NCBI RefSeq assembly: GCF_000012925.1
Contig: NC_007517.1
Location: forward strand, 3,510,001 to 3,542,000
Direction: 5' to 3'
From: Geobacter metallireducens GS-15
GTDB taxonomy: Bacteria; Desulfobacterota; Desulfuromonadia; Geobacterales; Geobacteraceae
DNA: 32,000 bases
A program made the translations under genes and the position numbers. Of the stretch, positions 1 through 7,625 are shown in pieces. Position 1 is the stretch's first letter. Each line of letters begins with the position of its first letter. Under the pieces are notes generated by a model. That model made no database searches. It saw nothing but the letters and a program-made list of their open reading frames with translations, and was not told the origin of the DNA.

Positions 1-480
1 GACGTCGGCGATCCGCATCACCACCTCGGCCTGGAGCTCCTGGGGAAGCATGGCGATGATCTCGCCGGTCTGCTTGGCCCGCAGCTTCGCCAGGATGACG
101 GCGATGGTCTGGGGATGCTCCTGGGAGAGGAAGTTGGCGATGGTCTTGCCATCCAGGTTGGCCAGGATGTCAACCATGTCGCCGAAGCTGGAAGAACTGA
201 TCTCCTTGAGGAGCATCTCGGCCTTCTGGGGCCCCAGAGTCTGCTCCAGGATCTTGCGGACGAATTCCTCCCCCTGGGAGAAGATGCCGGTCTCCGGGTT
301 GGTCATCTCGGTGAACTCGTTGACCACGTCCTGGATGACGGAATGGGGGACATGGCCCAGCTTCGCCATGCTCTTGGATATCTGCTTTATCTCGGAATCG
401 TCCAAATGCTCGAATACGCTGGCAGTCGCGTCGGGACCCAGGTAGAGGAGCAGAATGGCAGCCTTGTCGGTACCGTCCAT
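1..480 (-). CDS. fliG: Flagellar motor switch protein FliG, N-terminal about 160 aa; the C-terminus lies beyond the window start
   Basis: My manual minus-strand translation from the ATG at 480 gives MDGTDKAAILLLYLGPDATASVFEHLDDSEIKQISKSMAKLG...QELQAEVVMRIADV, typical of the FliG N-terminal and middle domains. It lies directly downstream of fliF, as in canonical operons. An in-frame stop lies upstream of the ATG. Confidence 0.9.
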   Translation of the reverse strand, partial: MDGTDKAAILLLYLGPDATASVFEHLDDSEIKQISKSMAKLGHVPHSVIQDVVNEFTEMTNPETGIFSQGEEFVRKILEQTLGPQKAEMLLKEISSSSFGDMVDILANLDGKTIANFLSQEHPQTIAVILAKLRAKQTGEIIAMLPQELQAEVVMRIADV

Positions 481-530
481 GGTCAGAGCCTCGGAAAACG
501 TGGGATGGGATGGTGGTTCATGCTAACGGA

Positions 531-2114
531 TCACTGTTCCTTGGCGCGGAGCCAGTTCTGGAGGATCTGGGCGGCCTGGTAGGGCTCTTCCTTCACTTTG
601 TTCATGAGTTCCACCTGCCGGATGGTCTGGTTCTGGATCTGGGCGCGGTGGACCTCGGCGATCTGGTTGATGGTTTCCTCGGCAGTGGAAATCGGCTCGA
701 AGGAGGTCTTCTTCTCGGGCTTCAGCATCTTCATGAGGGGGCGTACCACAAAGAGGAGGAGTGCCAGGAAGCCGAAGCCGATGAGGCCGTTCTTGAGGAG
801 CGAGAGGAAGATCGGCGCGTTCCACCACTGGCTCCCCTCGTCGGTGCCCGCCTCGGCGGTATCCTGGAACGGGATGTTCGCCACCGTCACCTGATCACCC
901 CTGACGGCGTTGAAGCCGACGGCGCCTTTGACCAGAGCCTCAATCTGTTGGAGTTCGGCGGGGGAGCGGGGGGTGTACTTGGGCTTGGCGTTCTTGCCGT
1001 CCTTGCCGACGGCCGGGGCGTCGTACTTGCCGTCCACGAGGATCGCCACCGACACCTTGGAAAGGGCTCCCACCGGCTCGATGGTCCGGGCCGTGGAGCG
1101 GCTCACCTCGTAGTTGAGGGTTTCATCGTTCTTGCTTCCGTTAGGGCCGGTGGCGCCGCCGGCGCCGGCCGGGGTGCGGCCCAGGTTCGTCTGTGCCCCC
1201 GGGACTCCCGCCGTGGCGTTGGCGCCTCCCATGCTCTCCTCGCTGCGCTGCTCGCTGCGGACCACGGTTTCGGGGTCGTACTTCTCCTCGTAGCGCTCCA
1301 CCTGCCGGAAATCGAAGACCGCCGACACGCGGGCCACCGACTTGCCAGAACCGACCGCCTTGTCCAGGAGCGACTGGAGCCGCTCCTCGGTGCCCCGCTC
1401 GTAGGTCCGCTGCACCTCCTGCATGGAGGCGGTCATCTTGCCGGCGGCGTCAGTGGGTCCATTCTTGGAAAGGAGCTTCCCCTTCTGGTCGAGGACGGTC
1501 ACGTGCTCCGGGTTCATCCCCTCGATGGAGGAAGCCACGAGATGGACGACCCCCTGAACATCACTGTCATTGAGTTGGCGATTCCCCTTCACCTTGAGCA
1601 CCACCGATGCGGTGGCGGGCTTCTCGTCCTCCTTGAAGAGGGCCTTTTCAGGAATTGCCAGGTGGACCCGAGCCTGCTCCACCCCGGCGATCTGGCCGAT
1701 GGTCCGGGAGAGTTCCCCCTGGAGGGCCCGCTGGTAGTTGAGCTTCTGGACGAACTCGGTCATGCCAAAGTTTTTTCGGTCAAAGATCTCGAAGCCGACC
1801 CCGCCCCCCTGGGGAAGCCCTGCGGAGGCCATGGTCAGGCGCAGATCGTAGACCTTGTCGGAGGGGACCAGGATTGCCTTGCCGTCGGCGGCGATCCGGT
1901 AGGGAACCTTCTGCTCCTTGAGCTTGGTGACGATCTCGCCGGCATCCTCGGTGGTGAGGTTGGTGAAGAGGGGCCGGTAGTCGGTCCGGTTGGCGACCAT
2001 TATCAGGAGGGCGAAGGCGATGATCGACACCCCCACGACCCCGCCCACGATCCACCGCTTCGCGGGGGGAAGGGCCATGAACGGCTCCAACAATTTTTTC
2101 AGACCTTCAGGCAT
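531..2114 (-). CDS. fliF: Flagellar M-ring protein FliF
   Basis: The 527-aa ORF has an N-terminal TM segment (WIVGGVVGVSIIAFALLIMV), a YscJ/FliF-type periplasmic region (DYRPLFTNLTTEDAGEIVTKLKEQKVPYRI) and a C-terminal TM segment. A GGAG RBS lies about 7 nt upstream. It sits between fliE and fliG. Confidence 0.95.
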   Translation of the reverse strand: MPEGLKKLLEPFMALPPAKRWIVGGVVGVSIIAFALLIMVANRTDYRPLFTNLTTEDAGEIVTKLKEQKVPYRIAADGKAILVPSDKVYDLRLTMASAGLPQGGGVGFEIFDRKNFGMTEFVQKLNYQRALQGELSRTIGQIAGVEQARVHLAIPEKALFKEDEKPATASVVLKVKGNRQLNDSDVQGVVHLVASSIEGMNPEHVTVLDQKGKLLSKNGPTDAAGKMTASMQEVQRTYERGTEERLQSLLDKAVGSGKSVARVSAVFDFRQVERYEEKYDPETVVRSEQRSEESMGGANATAGVPGAQTNLGRTPAGAGGATGPNGSKNDETLNYEVSRSTARTIEPVGALSKVSVAILVDGKYDAPAVGKDGKNAKPKYTPRSPAELQQIEALVKGAVGFNAVRGDQVTVANIPFQDTAEAGTDEGSQWWNAPIFLSLLKNGLIGFGFLALLLFVVRPLMKMLKPEKKTSFEPISTAEETINQIAEVHRAQIQNQTIRQVELMNKVKEEPYQAAQILQNWLRAKEQ

Positions 2115-2155
2115 TTATGACTCCGGGTTAAACCTTATAGAATTCCGCTCTTACC

Positions 2156-2277
2156 GTGAGCGCTCAAAAATGCCCAGATGCTAGGCGCCCGAACCCGAGG
2201 AGTGAAGCGTAGCACAGCCACGCCGCAGCGAACGAGGGTGAGAAGAACAACGCAGATGGGCGTTTTTCAGCGCTCAC
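2156..2277. repeat. Structured intergenic element: 26-bp imperfect inverted repeat arms (2156-2181 / 2252-2277, 22 of 26 complementary) enclosing a 70-nt segment that itself contains two similar direct repeats (about 2191-2209 and 2229-2246)
   Basis: The left arm gtgagcgctcaaaaatgcccagatgc compares with the reverse complement of the right arm, gtgagcgctgaaaaacgcccatctgc. The internal repeats are gaacccgaggagtgaag and gaacgagggtgagaag. The element fills the unusually long fliE-fliF spacer. Confidence 0.6.
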
Positions 2278-2283
2278 GCTCAC

Positions 2284-2589
2284 CTACACCTGCATCCGCA
2301 TGACTTCGTTGTACGCGTCGATGGCCTTGTTCCGGACCTGGCCCAGGAACTGGAAGGCAAGGGACGACTTCTCCATGGCGATCATCACTTCGTGGAGCCC
2401 CTGGGACTCTCCGGTGGCGAGGGCCTGAACGGCCGAGTCCGACTGGGACTGGAGCTCGTTCACCTTGGAGACCAGCTCGCCGAAGAATTTACCCGCGTCG
2501 CCGGCCATGTTGGCCGGTTTGGCACTTTTCGCGCCGATTTCGGGAAATGCCTGACCCAGGCCTATACCGCTTTCGATTCCGTCTATCAC
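2284..2589 (-). CDS. fliE: Flagellar hook-basal body complex protein FliE
   Basis: The 101-aa ORF has a GTG start preceded by AGGAGGGA. Its C-terminus (HEVMIAMEKSSLAFQFLGQVRNKAIDAYNEVMRMQV) is typical of FliE. It lies between flgC and fliF. Confidence 0.9.
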   Translation of the reverse strand: MIDGIESGIGLGQAFPEIGAKSAKPANMAGDAGKFFGELVSKVNELQSQSDSAVQALATGESQGLHEVMIAMEKSSLAFQFLGQVRNKAIDAYNEVMRMQV

Positions 2590-2645
2590 GACTCCCTCCT
2601 GAAAAACTCTAGCGTTTCACTACGTGCGGCCGATAAACTTCCATA

Positions 2646-2672
2646 GGGTGCCTGCGTCGCACCCTTTTTTTT
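2646..2672 (+). terminator. Terminator-like hairpin (gggtgc-ctgcgtc-gcaccc) followed by a T8 run on the plus strand, antisense to the flagellar operon
   Basis: A 6-bp GC-rich stem with a 7-nt loop is followed by tttttttt on the plus strand. On the minus (coding) strand the hairpin is preceded by A8 and is not followed by a U-tract. Confidence 0.35.
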
Positions 2673-2693
2673 ACGTCAAAAAAATGAAACCGA

Positions 2694-3137
2694 TTAGCGT
2701 GACCCGAGTTCCAGGGTCTTGAGGGCCATACCCTTGGCGGCCTGCACCGCCGTGACATTGGCCTCGTAGGCCCGGGTGGCGGCGATCATGTCGGCCATTT
2801 CCTCCACCACGTTCACGTTGGGGAGCGCCACGTACCCCTGGGCATTGGCGTCCGGATGGGTGGGGTCGTACTGGAGCCGGGGCGGGTTCTGGTCTTCGAT
2901 GACCTGGGTCACCTGGACCCCTGCGGGGCTTGTGCCGCGCCGCATCCGCTCCATGGCCGCCTGGAACTTTTCGGCAGCCGGGGTCGCGGCAAAGACGGCG
3001 TCCTTGCGCTTGTAGGGACCGCCCTCGGCGGTGCGGGTGGAGTTGGCGTTGGCGATGTTGGAGGAGATGAGGTTCATCCGCGTCCGCTCGGCAGAGAGAG
3101 CGGAAGAGCTGATCTGCATGGCGCTGAAGAAATCCAT
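2694..3137 (-). CDS. flgC: Flagellar basal-body rod protein FlgC
   Basis: The 147-aa ORF begins MDFFSAMQISSSALSAERTRMNLISSNIANANSTRT (the conserved rod N-terminus) and ends with a C-terminal rod-protein motif (VNVVEEMADMIAATRAYEANV). Confidence 0.95.
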   Translation of the reverse strand: MDFFSAMQISSSALSAERTRMNLISSNIANANSTRTAEGGPYKRKDAVFAATPAAEKFQAAMERMRRGTSPAGVQVTQVIEDQNPPRLQYDPTHPDANAQGYVALPNVNVVEEMADMIAATRAYEANVTAVQAAKGMALKTLELGSR

Positions 3138-3559
3138 TATTTATTCTCCCTGATAGCGGATTTGATTTCGTTGAACTGCTTGGAGAGGATCTGGATCGAG
3201 GCGTTGTACATGATCTGGTTTTCCGCCATGCGGGACATCTCCGTTTCCAGGTCTACCCCGTTATAGTCCTTGCCGGGGGAGAGGGAGGAGGTATCAATCA
3301 CCGTCCCCTGAACCTGCTGGATGGAGTTGCTCTGCCCCTTGAGCGGGATGTGCTTCGGATGGGTGATGGCCGGGGTTCCCACCTTTTTCCCCTTGAGGGC
3401 ACCCTTGAGCTCATTTTCGAAGGAAAGGGCCGTGGGGGTATAGTTGGGGGTCTCGACGTTGGCCAGGTTGGCGGAAATCATGGTGTGGCTCCGGGAGCGG
3501 AGATCGATGCTCTTGGCCAGAAGATCCACCGTGGTTCCAAATATTTTGTCAATCGGCAT
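3137..3559 (-). CDS. flgB: Flagellar basal-body rod protein FlgB
   Basis: The 140-aa ORF contains ISANLANVETPNYTP (rod-protein N-terminal motif) and a C-terminal MSRMAENQIMYNASIQIL. Its stop overlaps the flgC start by 1 nt. A GGAGGA RBS is present. Confidence 0.93.
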   Translation of the reverse strand: MPIDKIFGTTVDLLAKSIDLRSRSHTMISANLANVETPNYTPTALSFENELKGALKGKKVGTPAITHPKHIPLKGQSNSIQQVQGTVIDTSSLSPGKDYNGVDLETEMSRMAENQIMYNASIQILSKQFNEIKSAIRENK

Positions 3560-3591
3560 TGGGGTCCTCCTTGTTCCTACGCAACCTGTTC

Positions 3592-3607
3592 AGCAAAAGG
3601 CGTACCA
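3592..3607 (-). promoter_or_regulatory. Candidate sigma-54 (RpoN) -24/-12 promoter for flgB-flgC-fliE-fliF-fliG
   Basis: The minus strand reads TGGTACGCCTTTTGCT. GG and GC have the exact consensus spacing (TGGCAC-N5-TTGC). The -12 element is about 35 nt upstream of the flgB ATG. Confidence 0.6.
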
Positions 3608-3613
3608 GAGAAA

Positions 3614-3691
3614 GAAGTCAGGAGTCAGAATTCAGAATCCAGAATTTTCAATGTCTTTCATTCTGACTGCTGACTCCTGACTTCTGAATTC
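3614..3691. repeat. Two inverted arrays of four tandem 7-bp repeats forming a long interrupted hairpin; possible terminator of the upstream TPR gene and/or activator-binding region
   Basis: The left array (3617-3644) is GTCAGGA GTCAGAA TTCAGAA TCCAGAA. The right array (3661-3688) is TTCTGAC TGCTGAC TCCTGAC TTCTGAA. A perfect 15-bp complement joins 3614-3628 with 3670-3684. Confidence 0.7.
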
Positions 3692-3710
3692 CAAACCTTC
3701 TCTTTAGTCA

Positions 3711-5819
3711 CTATTTTGACAACTTCACCTGCGTCGCCAGTTTCTTTTTCAGCTCCATGTCGGCCAGGGCCTGGGCGGCCATCTGCTGCCAGACGGGGTC
3801 TTTCCCCTTGTCGGCAACCGCCTTGAAGTGGCCGGCGGCCTCGTCGTTGCGCCCCTCAAGGCGGGCAATCTCCCCCATCTTGTAGAGGAACGGGTCCCGC
3901 TGGGCCTCGGGGGCCGCGGTACTCCCGGCCCGGAGGAGTTCCATGGCACCTTTCCGGTCACCCCTCGCAAGCCGGGCCGAGGCAGCCACGTAATGGGCGT
4001 CGGGCGCCAGTTCCGACGTCCCCCCCCGCTGTCGGAGTTCTGACAGGAAGAGGATCATGGCCCGCTCCGCGTCTTTTTTGTTGCCCGCGCTTTCCAGGGA
4101 TTTGCCAAGGATGTAGTAGCTTTCCACGTCATCGGGACGCCCCTTGCCCGTCAGGAGGGGGGCGAGCCGCGCCGCTACCTTGGGCAGATTTCCCCGGCTG
4201 TAGTCGAGGGCCGCCACCCGCTCCCGGTACCCCTGGGCCAGGGGATGATCGGGAAAGCGCCTCAGAAAGTTGTCGGCTGAATTTTCCAGCAAGGGGATGT
4301 CGCCGGTCCGCTCCGCGGCCTCGATGATCCGACGGTAGAGTTCGGGTGCCTGGGGGGCGCTCCAATCCTTGCCGGCCAGGTACGAGAAGAGCTCCGCTTC
4401 TTCCGAGAAGCGTCCCTGATCGGCAAAAGCGATGACGAGGCTGCGCACGAAATCGGGATCGGCGATGCACCTCCCCAGGTAGTCCCGGTTCTCCTGGGCC
4501 AGCGTGATGAGGGCAGGAAAATCCTTGGCCTGAATCAACACCCGGACCATCGGCACGATGAGCTCTTCCCGCATCCCCCGGGCGACGCTTATGTAGGTGC
4601 CCCGGGAGAACTTCTTTTCGTACTCGGAGACGAGGGCGAAGCCGTCCGGGGCCTCGCCGAAGAGGGCGGTAAGAAGCGCCGCCTTGAAGAGCGACTCCTC
4701 ACGGAGGGAAAAGTCGCTGTTCCGGTTGATCTCCAGATACTCGTCCACGAGCCCCCTGAAGGTGGCCGGCTCGATCGTCATGAACTTGCGGTCGGCAAGC
4801 TTCATCCGTGCCTGCCACTTCGCCTTGTTGTCCGGGAAGTTTTCCGCGACAGTCCGGTAGATGGCCTCTGCCGCCATCTCCTTCCCCTGGCGGGAAAGGA
4901 TGTCGGCCAGCCTCACCAGGAGCACCGGCGCAAACTTCTTGTCGGCAAGGCTCGCAATGAGGCGTCCCAGCATCCTGCGCCCCCCCTCCAGGTCGCCGCT
5001 GCGGACTACGGCATCGGCGTAGGCAAAGGCCGTTCCTGGCGACTGGGCCAGGAACTCGGGCAGGAGCTTTTCCCCCTCCCGAAAGTCCCGCAGGGCCTCG
5101 CCGTATTTCTGGAGCATGGTGCGGGCCTCGCCAAGACGGTAGTAGGCCAGGGCTTTCACCGGCGATTGAACGGTGACGATGGGGGCAAATATCCTTTCGG
5201 CCTCGCTCCCCTGCCCCCGGTAGAGGGCAGCCTCGCCGGCGAGAACGATATCCACCTCCTCGGGGGTGAGCACTTTCTGGAGGACGCGGCGGTCGGTGGG
5301 TACAAAGGGGATGTCGCTCTTCACCGGAGGATCGAAGCGCGAGACAAGCTGCTCGACCCCAACCTTGATTCCATCACGCCCCTGGGCGAAGGGAGAGGTG
5401 CGGGAAGGGGCCAGGCGGCTCCCCACGTCGAGGGTGAGCGCCGCCACTCCCGGCATGGCGATGGCCCTCACTCCGCGGGGATCACCTTTGACACCCACGG
5501 TGACGAGGAGATCCCCCCGACGCCTGGCAACGGCGCAGCCGGCAATGTTGGGGTCGCTGTAGGAGCGGAGCCGCTTCCATCGGGCGCCGTCGGTATCCCG
5601 CAGCGTGACCCGCACCCGGTTTCCCGCAAGAGGGGTCAGCGTATAAGCCGGTTCCCGATCGAGCTTGAGCATAAGCCGCGTGAATCCGCTTCGGGGCCTG
5701 ACGTCAATGCGGCGGAGACGGTTCCGGTCGTCGGCCCGGCCAGGATCCGCTGTCGCCAGGATGGTCAGGAGCAGGAGGGCGCAGCCGAGGGCTGTTTTCA
5801 GTAATCTGTTCACGGTCAT
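3711..5819 (-). CDS. Secreted AMIN-domain-like / tetratricopeptide-repeat protein (flagellar-cluster associated, function unknown)
   Basis: The 702-aa ORF has a signal peptide (MTVNRLLKTALGCALLLLTILATADPG). An N-terminal beta-rich segment (RIDVRPRSGFTRLMLKLDREPAYTLTPLAGNRVRVTLRD) resembles AMIN domains. The rest has many A/L/Y/G-rich helical repeats typical of TPR. Confidence 0.7.
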   Translation of the reverse strand: MTVNRLLKTALGCALLLLTILATADPGRADDRNRLRRIDVRPRSGFTRLMLKLDREPAYTLTPLAGNRVRVTLRDTDGARWKRLRSYSDPNIAGCAVARRRGDLLVTVGVKGDPRGVRAIAMPGVAALTLDVGSRLAPSRTSPFAQGRDGIKVGVEQLVSRFDPPVKSDIPFVPTDRRVLQKVLTPEEVDIVLAGEAALYRGQGSEAERIFAPIVTVQSPVKALAYYRLGEARTMLQKYGEALRDFREGEKLLPEFLAQSPGTAFAYADAVVRSGDLEGGRRMLGRLIASLADKKFAPVLLVRLADILSRQGKEMAAEAIYRTVAENFPDNKAKWQARMKLADRKFMTIEPATFRGLVDEYLEINRNSDFSLREESLFKAALLTALFGEAPDGFALVSEYEKKFSRGTYISVARGMREELIVPMVRVLIQAKDFPALITLAQENRDYLGRCIADPDFVRSLVIAFADQGRFSEEAELFSYLAGKDWSAPQAPELYRRIIEAAERTGDIPLLENSADNFLRRFPDHPLAQGYRERVAALDYSRGNLPKVAARLAPLLTGKGRPDDVESYYILGKSLESAGNKKDAERAMILFLSELRQRGGTSELAPDAHYVAASARLARGDRKGAMELLRAGSTAAPEAQRDPFLYKMGEIARLEGRNDEAAGHFKAVADKGKDPVWQQMAAQALADMELKKKLATQVKLSK

Positions 5820-5863
5820 GACACCTTGAGTGAAGTCCGGGGCGCAATCCCCCCATCACGAAC

Positions 5864-5879
5864 GGCAAAAGTCGTGCCG
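5864..5879 (-). promoter_or_regulatory. Candidate sigma-54 -24/-12 promoter for the AMIN/TPR gene
   Basis: The minus strand reads CGGCACGACTTTTGCC (GGCACG-N4-TTGC, correct GG-N10-GC spacing), about 46 nt upstream of the ATG at 5819. Confidence 0.6.
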
Positions 5880-5943
5880 TTACGGCGAGGCGTCAAACAG
5901 GGGGATTCGGGACGATAGAGAGGGGCGAGGGGAAGGGTGACGT

Positions 5944-5985
5944 CAAAAGAGGTCCGTTTATGTCACAATTTTGACAAACGGGACC
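5944..5985 (-). terminator. Rho-independent terminator of the cheY-cheX-hybrid operon
   Basis: On the minus strand the hairpin ggtcccgtttgtca-aaattg-tgacataaacggacc is followed by TCTTTTG. It starts 12 nt after the stop at 5997. Confidence 0.7.
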
Positions 5986-5996
5986 AGGGTGGAAAA

Positions 5997-7094
5997 TCAT
6001 GCGGCGTTCAGGAACTTTTCCACCTTGGCCAGCACGTCGTCCTCCTGGTAGGGCTTGAGGATGATGTCGCGGGCGCCGTACCTGACCGCCTTGAGCACGG
6101 CGGTGCGGGTCCATTCCCGGGCGCACATGATGATGGGAAGGGTCTCGCCCTGGGCGATGGCCTTGATCTTGATGCAAAGGGACATGTCGCGGTCGTCGTT
6201 ATTGTGGATGCCGAGCACCACGAGCCGTACGCCCCCCTGGGAGAATATCTCACGGATGTCGGCATCGAGCCGGGCTTCCACCAGCTCGAACCCGCGGGTT
6301 TCCAGGAGTTCCCGCACCATCTGGCGATCGGTCTCGTCGTCTTCGAGGATGAGGACCCTGCGGGCGCAGCTTTCCACCACGGCAGACGCCGCCTCGCCCT
6401 CTTCGGCCACAGGAGCGACCACCGGCGTTGCGACGAACTCCTCCTCAGCAGCAGCCGCCTCATCCCCCTCTTCGCTGTCGCTGCCTGAGTCTTCGGGAAC
6501 CGGTTCAGGCTCTTCCGCCGGCGGATCGAAGAGTTCGGCAAGCCCCCGCGGCATGAGGATGTCAAAATTCCCCATCTCCAGCCCCGGCATCTCCATGCGG
6601 GCGCGGAACATGAGATACTCGCCGTCGGGAATCGGTTCGGTGTCGGTGATCTCGGTGGTCTCGGGGACAAACTTCTTGGGGGGAACTACCTTCAGGTGAA
6701 CCTTGTTCTCGAAGGCCGGCTGGAAAACCGTGTTGAACGATCCGATTGCCTGGTTGATGATCTCGGAGAAGGCGTCGGCGTCGTCAGTCTCCATGATGGC
6801 GAGGCGGCGCTTCTCGTTGATGCGGGCAGAGGGGATGCCAAGGAGGAAACCGCTCATGCAGATGGCGTCCCGCAACCCGAAAACCAGGTGGAACGTGCCG
6901 GGGTACTCACCGCTGGCCGTTACCTCCGCCACGAAACAGACCTCGTCCAGGTCGCAGAAGTAGGTGGCCCGGTTCGTGGCGATGATGTCGGCTTCGCCGA
7001 TGGTGAGTTCCTGCCCCAGAAGCATGCCGCTGTCTTCGGCGGTCTGCTTCAGGGCGTTATCGATGATGGAGGTGAGATTCGTAAACCCATCCAT
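5997..7094 (-). CDS. CheC/CheX-like phosphatase domain fused through an acidic linker to an atypical (pseudo-)receiver domain
   Basis: The N-terminal part carries a D-x3-E-x2-N motif (DAFSEIIN) like CheC/CheX/FliY. The linker is rich in E, P and A. The C-terminal 120 aa align to CheY (VLILEDDETDR...IILKP), but the phospho-acceptor position reads LVVLGIHNN (Gly where Asp is expected). Confidence 0.7.
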   Translation of the reverse strand: MDGFTNLTSIIDNALKQTAEDSGMLLGQELTIGEADIIATNRATYFCDLDEVCFVAEVTASGEYPGTFHLVFGLRDAICMSGFLLGIPSARINEKRRLAIMETDDADAFSEIINQAIGSFNTVFQPAFENKVHLKVVPPKKFVPETTEITDTEPIPDGEYLMFRARMEMPGLEMGNFDILMPRGLAELFDPPAEEPEPVPEDSGSDSEEGDEAAAAEEEFVATPVVAPVAEEGEAASAVVESCARRVLILEDDETDRQMVRELLETRGFELVEARLDADIREIFSQGGVRLVVLGIHNNDDRDMSLCIKIKAIAQGETLPIIMCAREWTRTAVLKAVRYGARDIILKPYQEDDVLAKVEKFLNAA

Positions 7095-7118
7095 GGATCA
7101 AGAGGCTCCTGCTGAGAT

Positions 7119-7625
7119 CTATGCTTCCTTCTGCAGTTTCAACCCCACGAGGAACCGCTGCGACTCGTTGACGAAGGGAATGATGACGCAGTCGCTGTCG
7201 GCCATGGCGTTCAGGGTGTACTCCTCGCCGGATATGACCGTCGGGACCGAAAGGTGGAGGTCCATCCCGCCTTTGGAGAGGACCATCTTCACGTAGCCGC
7301 CCAGCATGTTGGCAATCTCCCCCAGGGCGTCGTTCACATCCTCGCCCACTTGGTCCACCTCCATGCCGAGCATGTTTGAGGTGATCCGCAGGGCAAACTC
7401 CAAGGGACAGTGAATGGAAAGGATTCCCGAATAGGTACCGGCAAGCCCCACCATCCCGGTGACGCTGCAGCGGAATTTCGTAACCGGCTCCTGGAGGGGG
7501 TACTGGTCCTCCAGCTCCATCATCACCATGGTGTTGAATACTTCCTTGGTGGCATCGATGATGAAGCCGGCAACCTGCTCCTCGGTAAGCCTGGTCGCTT
7601 CGGCCACACCGCTCGCGAGGGTCAT
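7119..7625 (-). CDS. cheX: CheY-P phosphatase CheX
   Basis: The 168-aa ORF has the single CheX-type motif DALGEIANMLGG with Pro about 22 residues after the Asn. Its start overlaps the cheY stop (ATGA). Confidence 0.8.
   Translation of the reverse strand: MTLASGVAEATRLTEEQVAGFIIDATKEVFNTMVMMELEDQYPLQEPVTKFRCSVTGMVGLAGTYSGILSIHCPLEFALRITSNMLGMEVDQVGEDVNDALGEIANMLGGYVKMVLSKGGMDLHLSVPTVISGEEYTLNAMADSDCVIIPFVNESQRFLVGLKLQKEA

Noticed and set aside
510-2120. 536-aa plus-strand ORF antisense to fliF. Similar long mirror ORFs occur at 11311-14589 (1092 aa), 15812-17137 (441 aa), 9343-10290 (315 aa), 10284-11258 (324 aa) and 5166-5804.
   Set aside because: The translations are low-complexity and rich in G, R, P, H, L and D, with no recognisable motifs. 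The opposite strand encodes clearly recognisable proteins (FliF, RND pump, TolC, MBL and others). Long antisense ORFs are expected in GC-rich DNA.
2629-2636. GCCGATAA, a perfect sigma-28 (FliA) -10 element, on the plus strand between flgC and fliE.
   Set aside because: It is on the wrong strand for the flagellar genes. No TAAA -35 element lies at the proper spacing. It is followed within about 10 nt by the plus-strand terminator-like hairpin. It is probably coincidental, though strand-specific RNA-seq would settle it.
2590-2693. Weak sigma-54-like GG-N10-GC match (TGGAAGTTTATCGGC) on the minus strand upstream of fliE.
   Set aside because: Both the -24 (TGGAAG) and -12 (CGGC) elements deviate from the consensus. 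fliE is more simply explained as part of the flgB operon.
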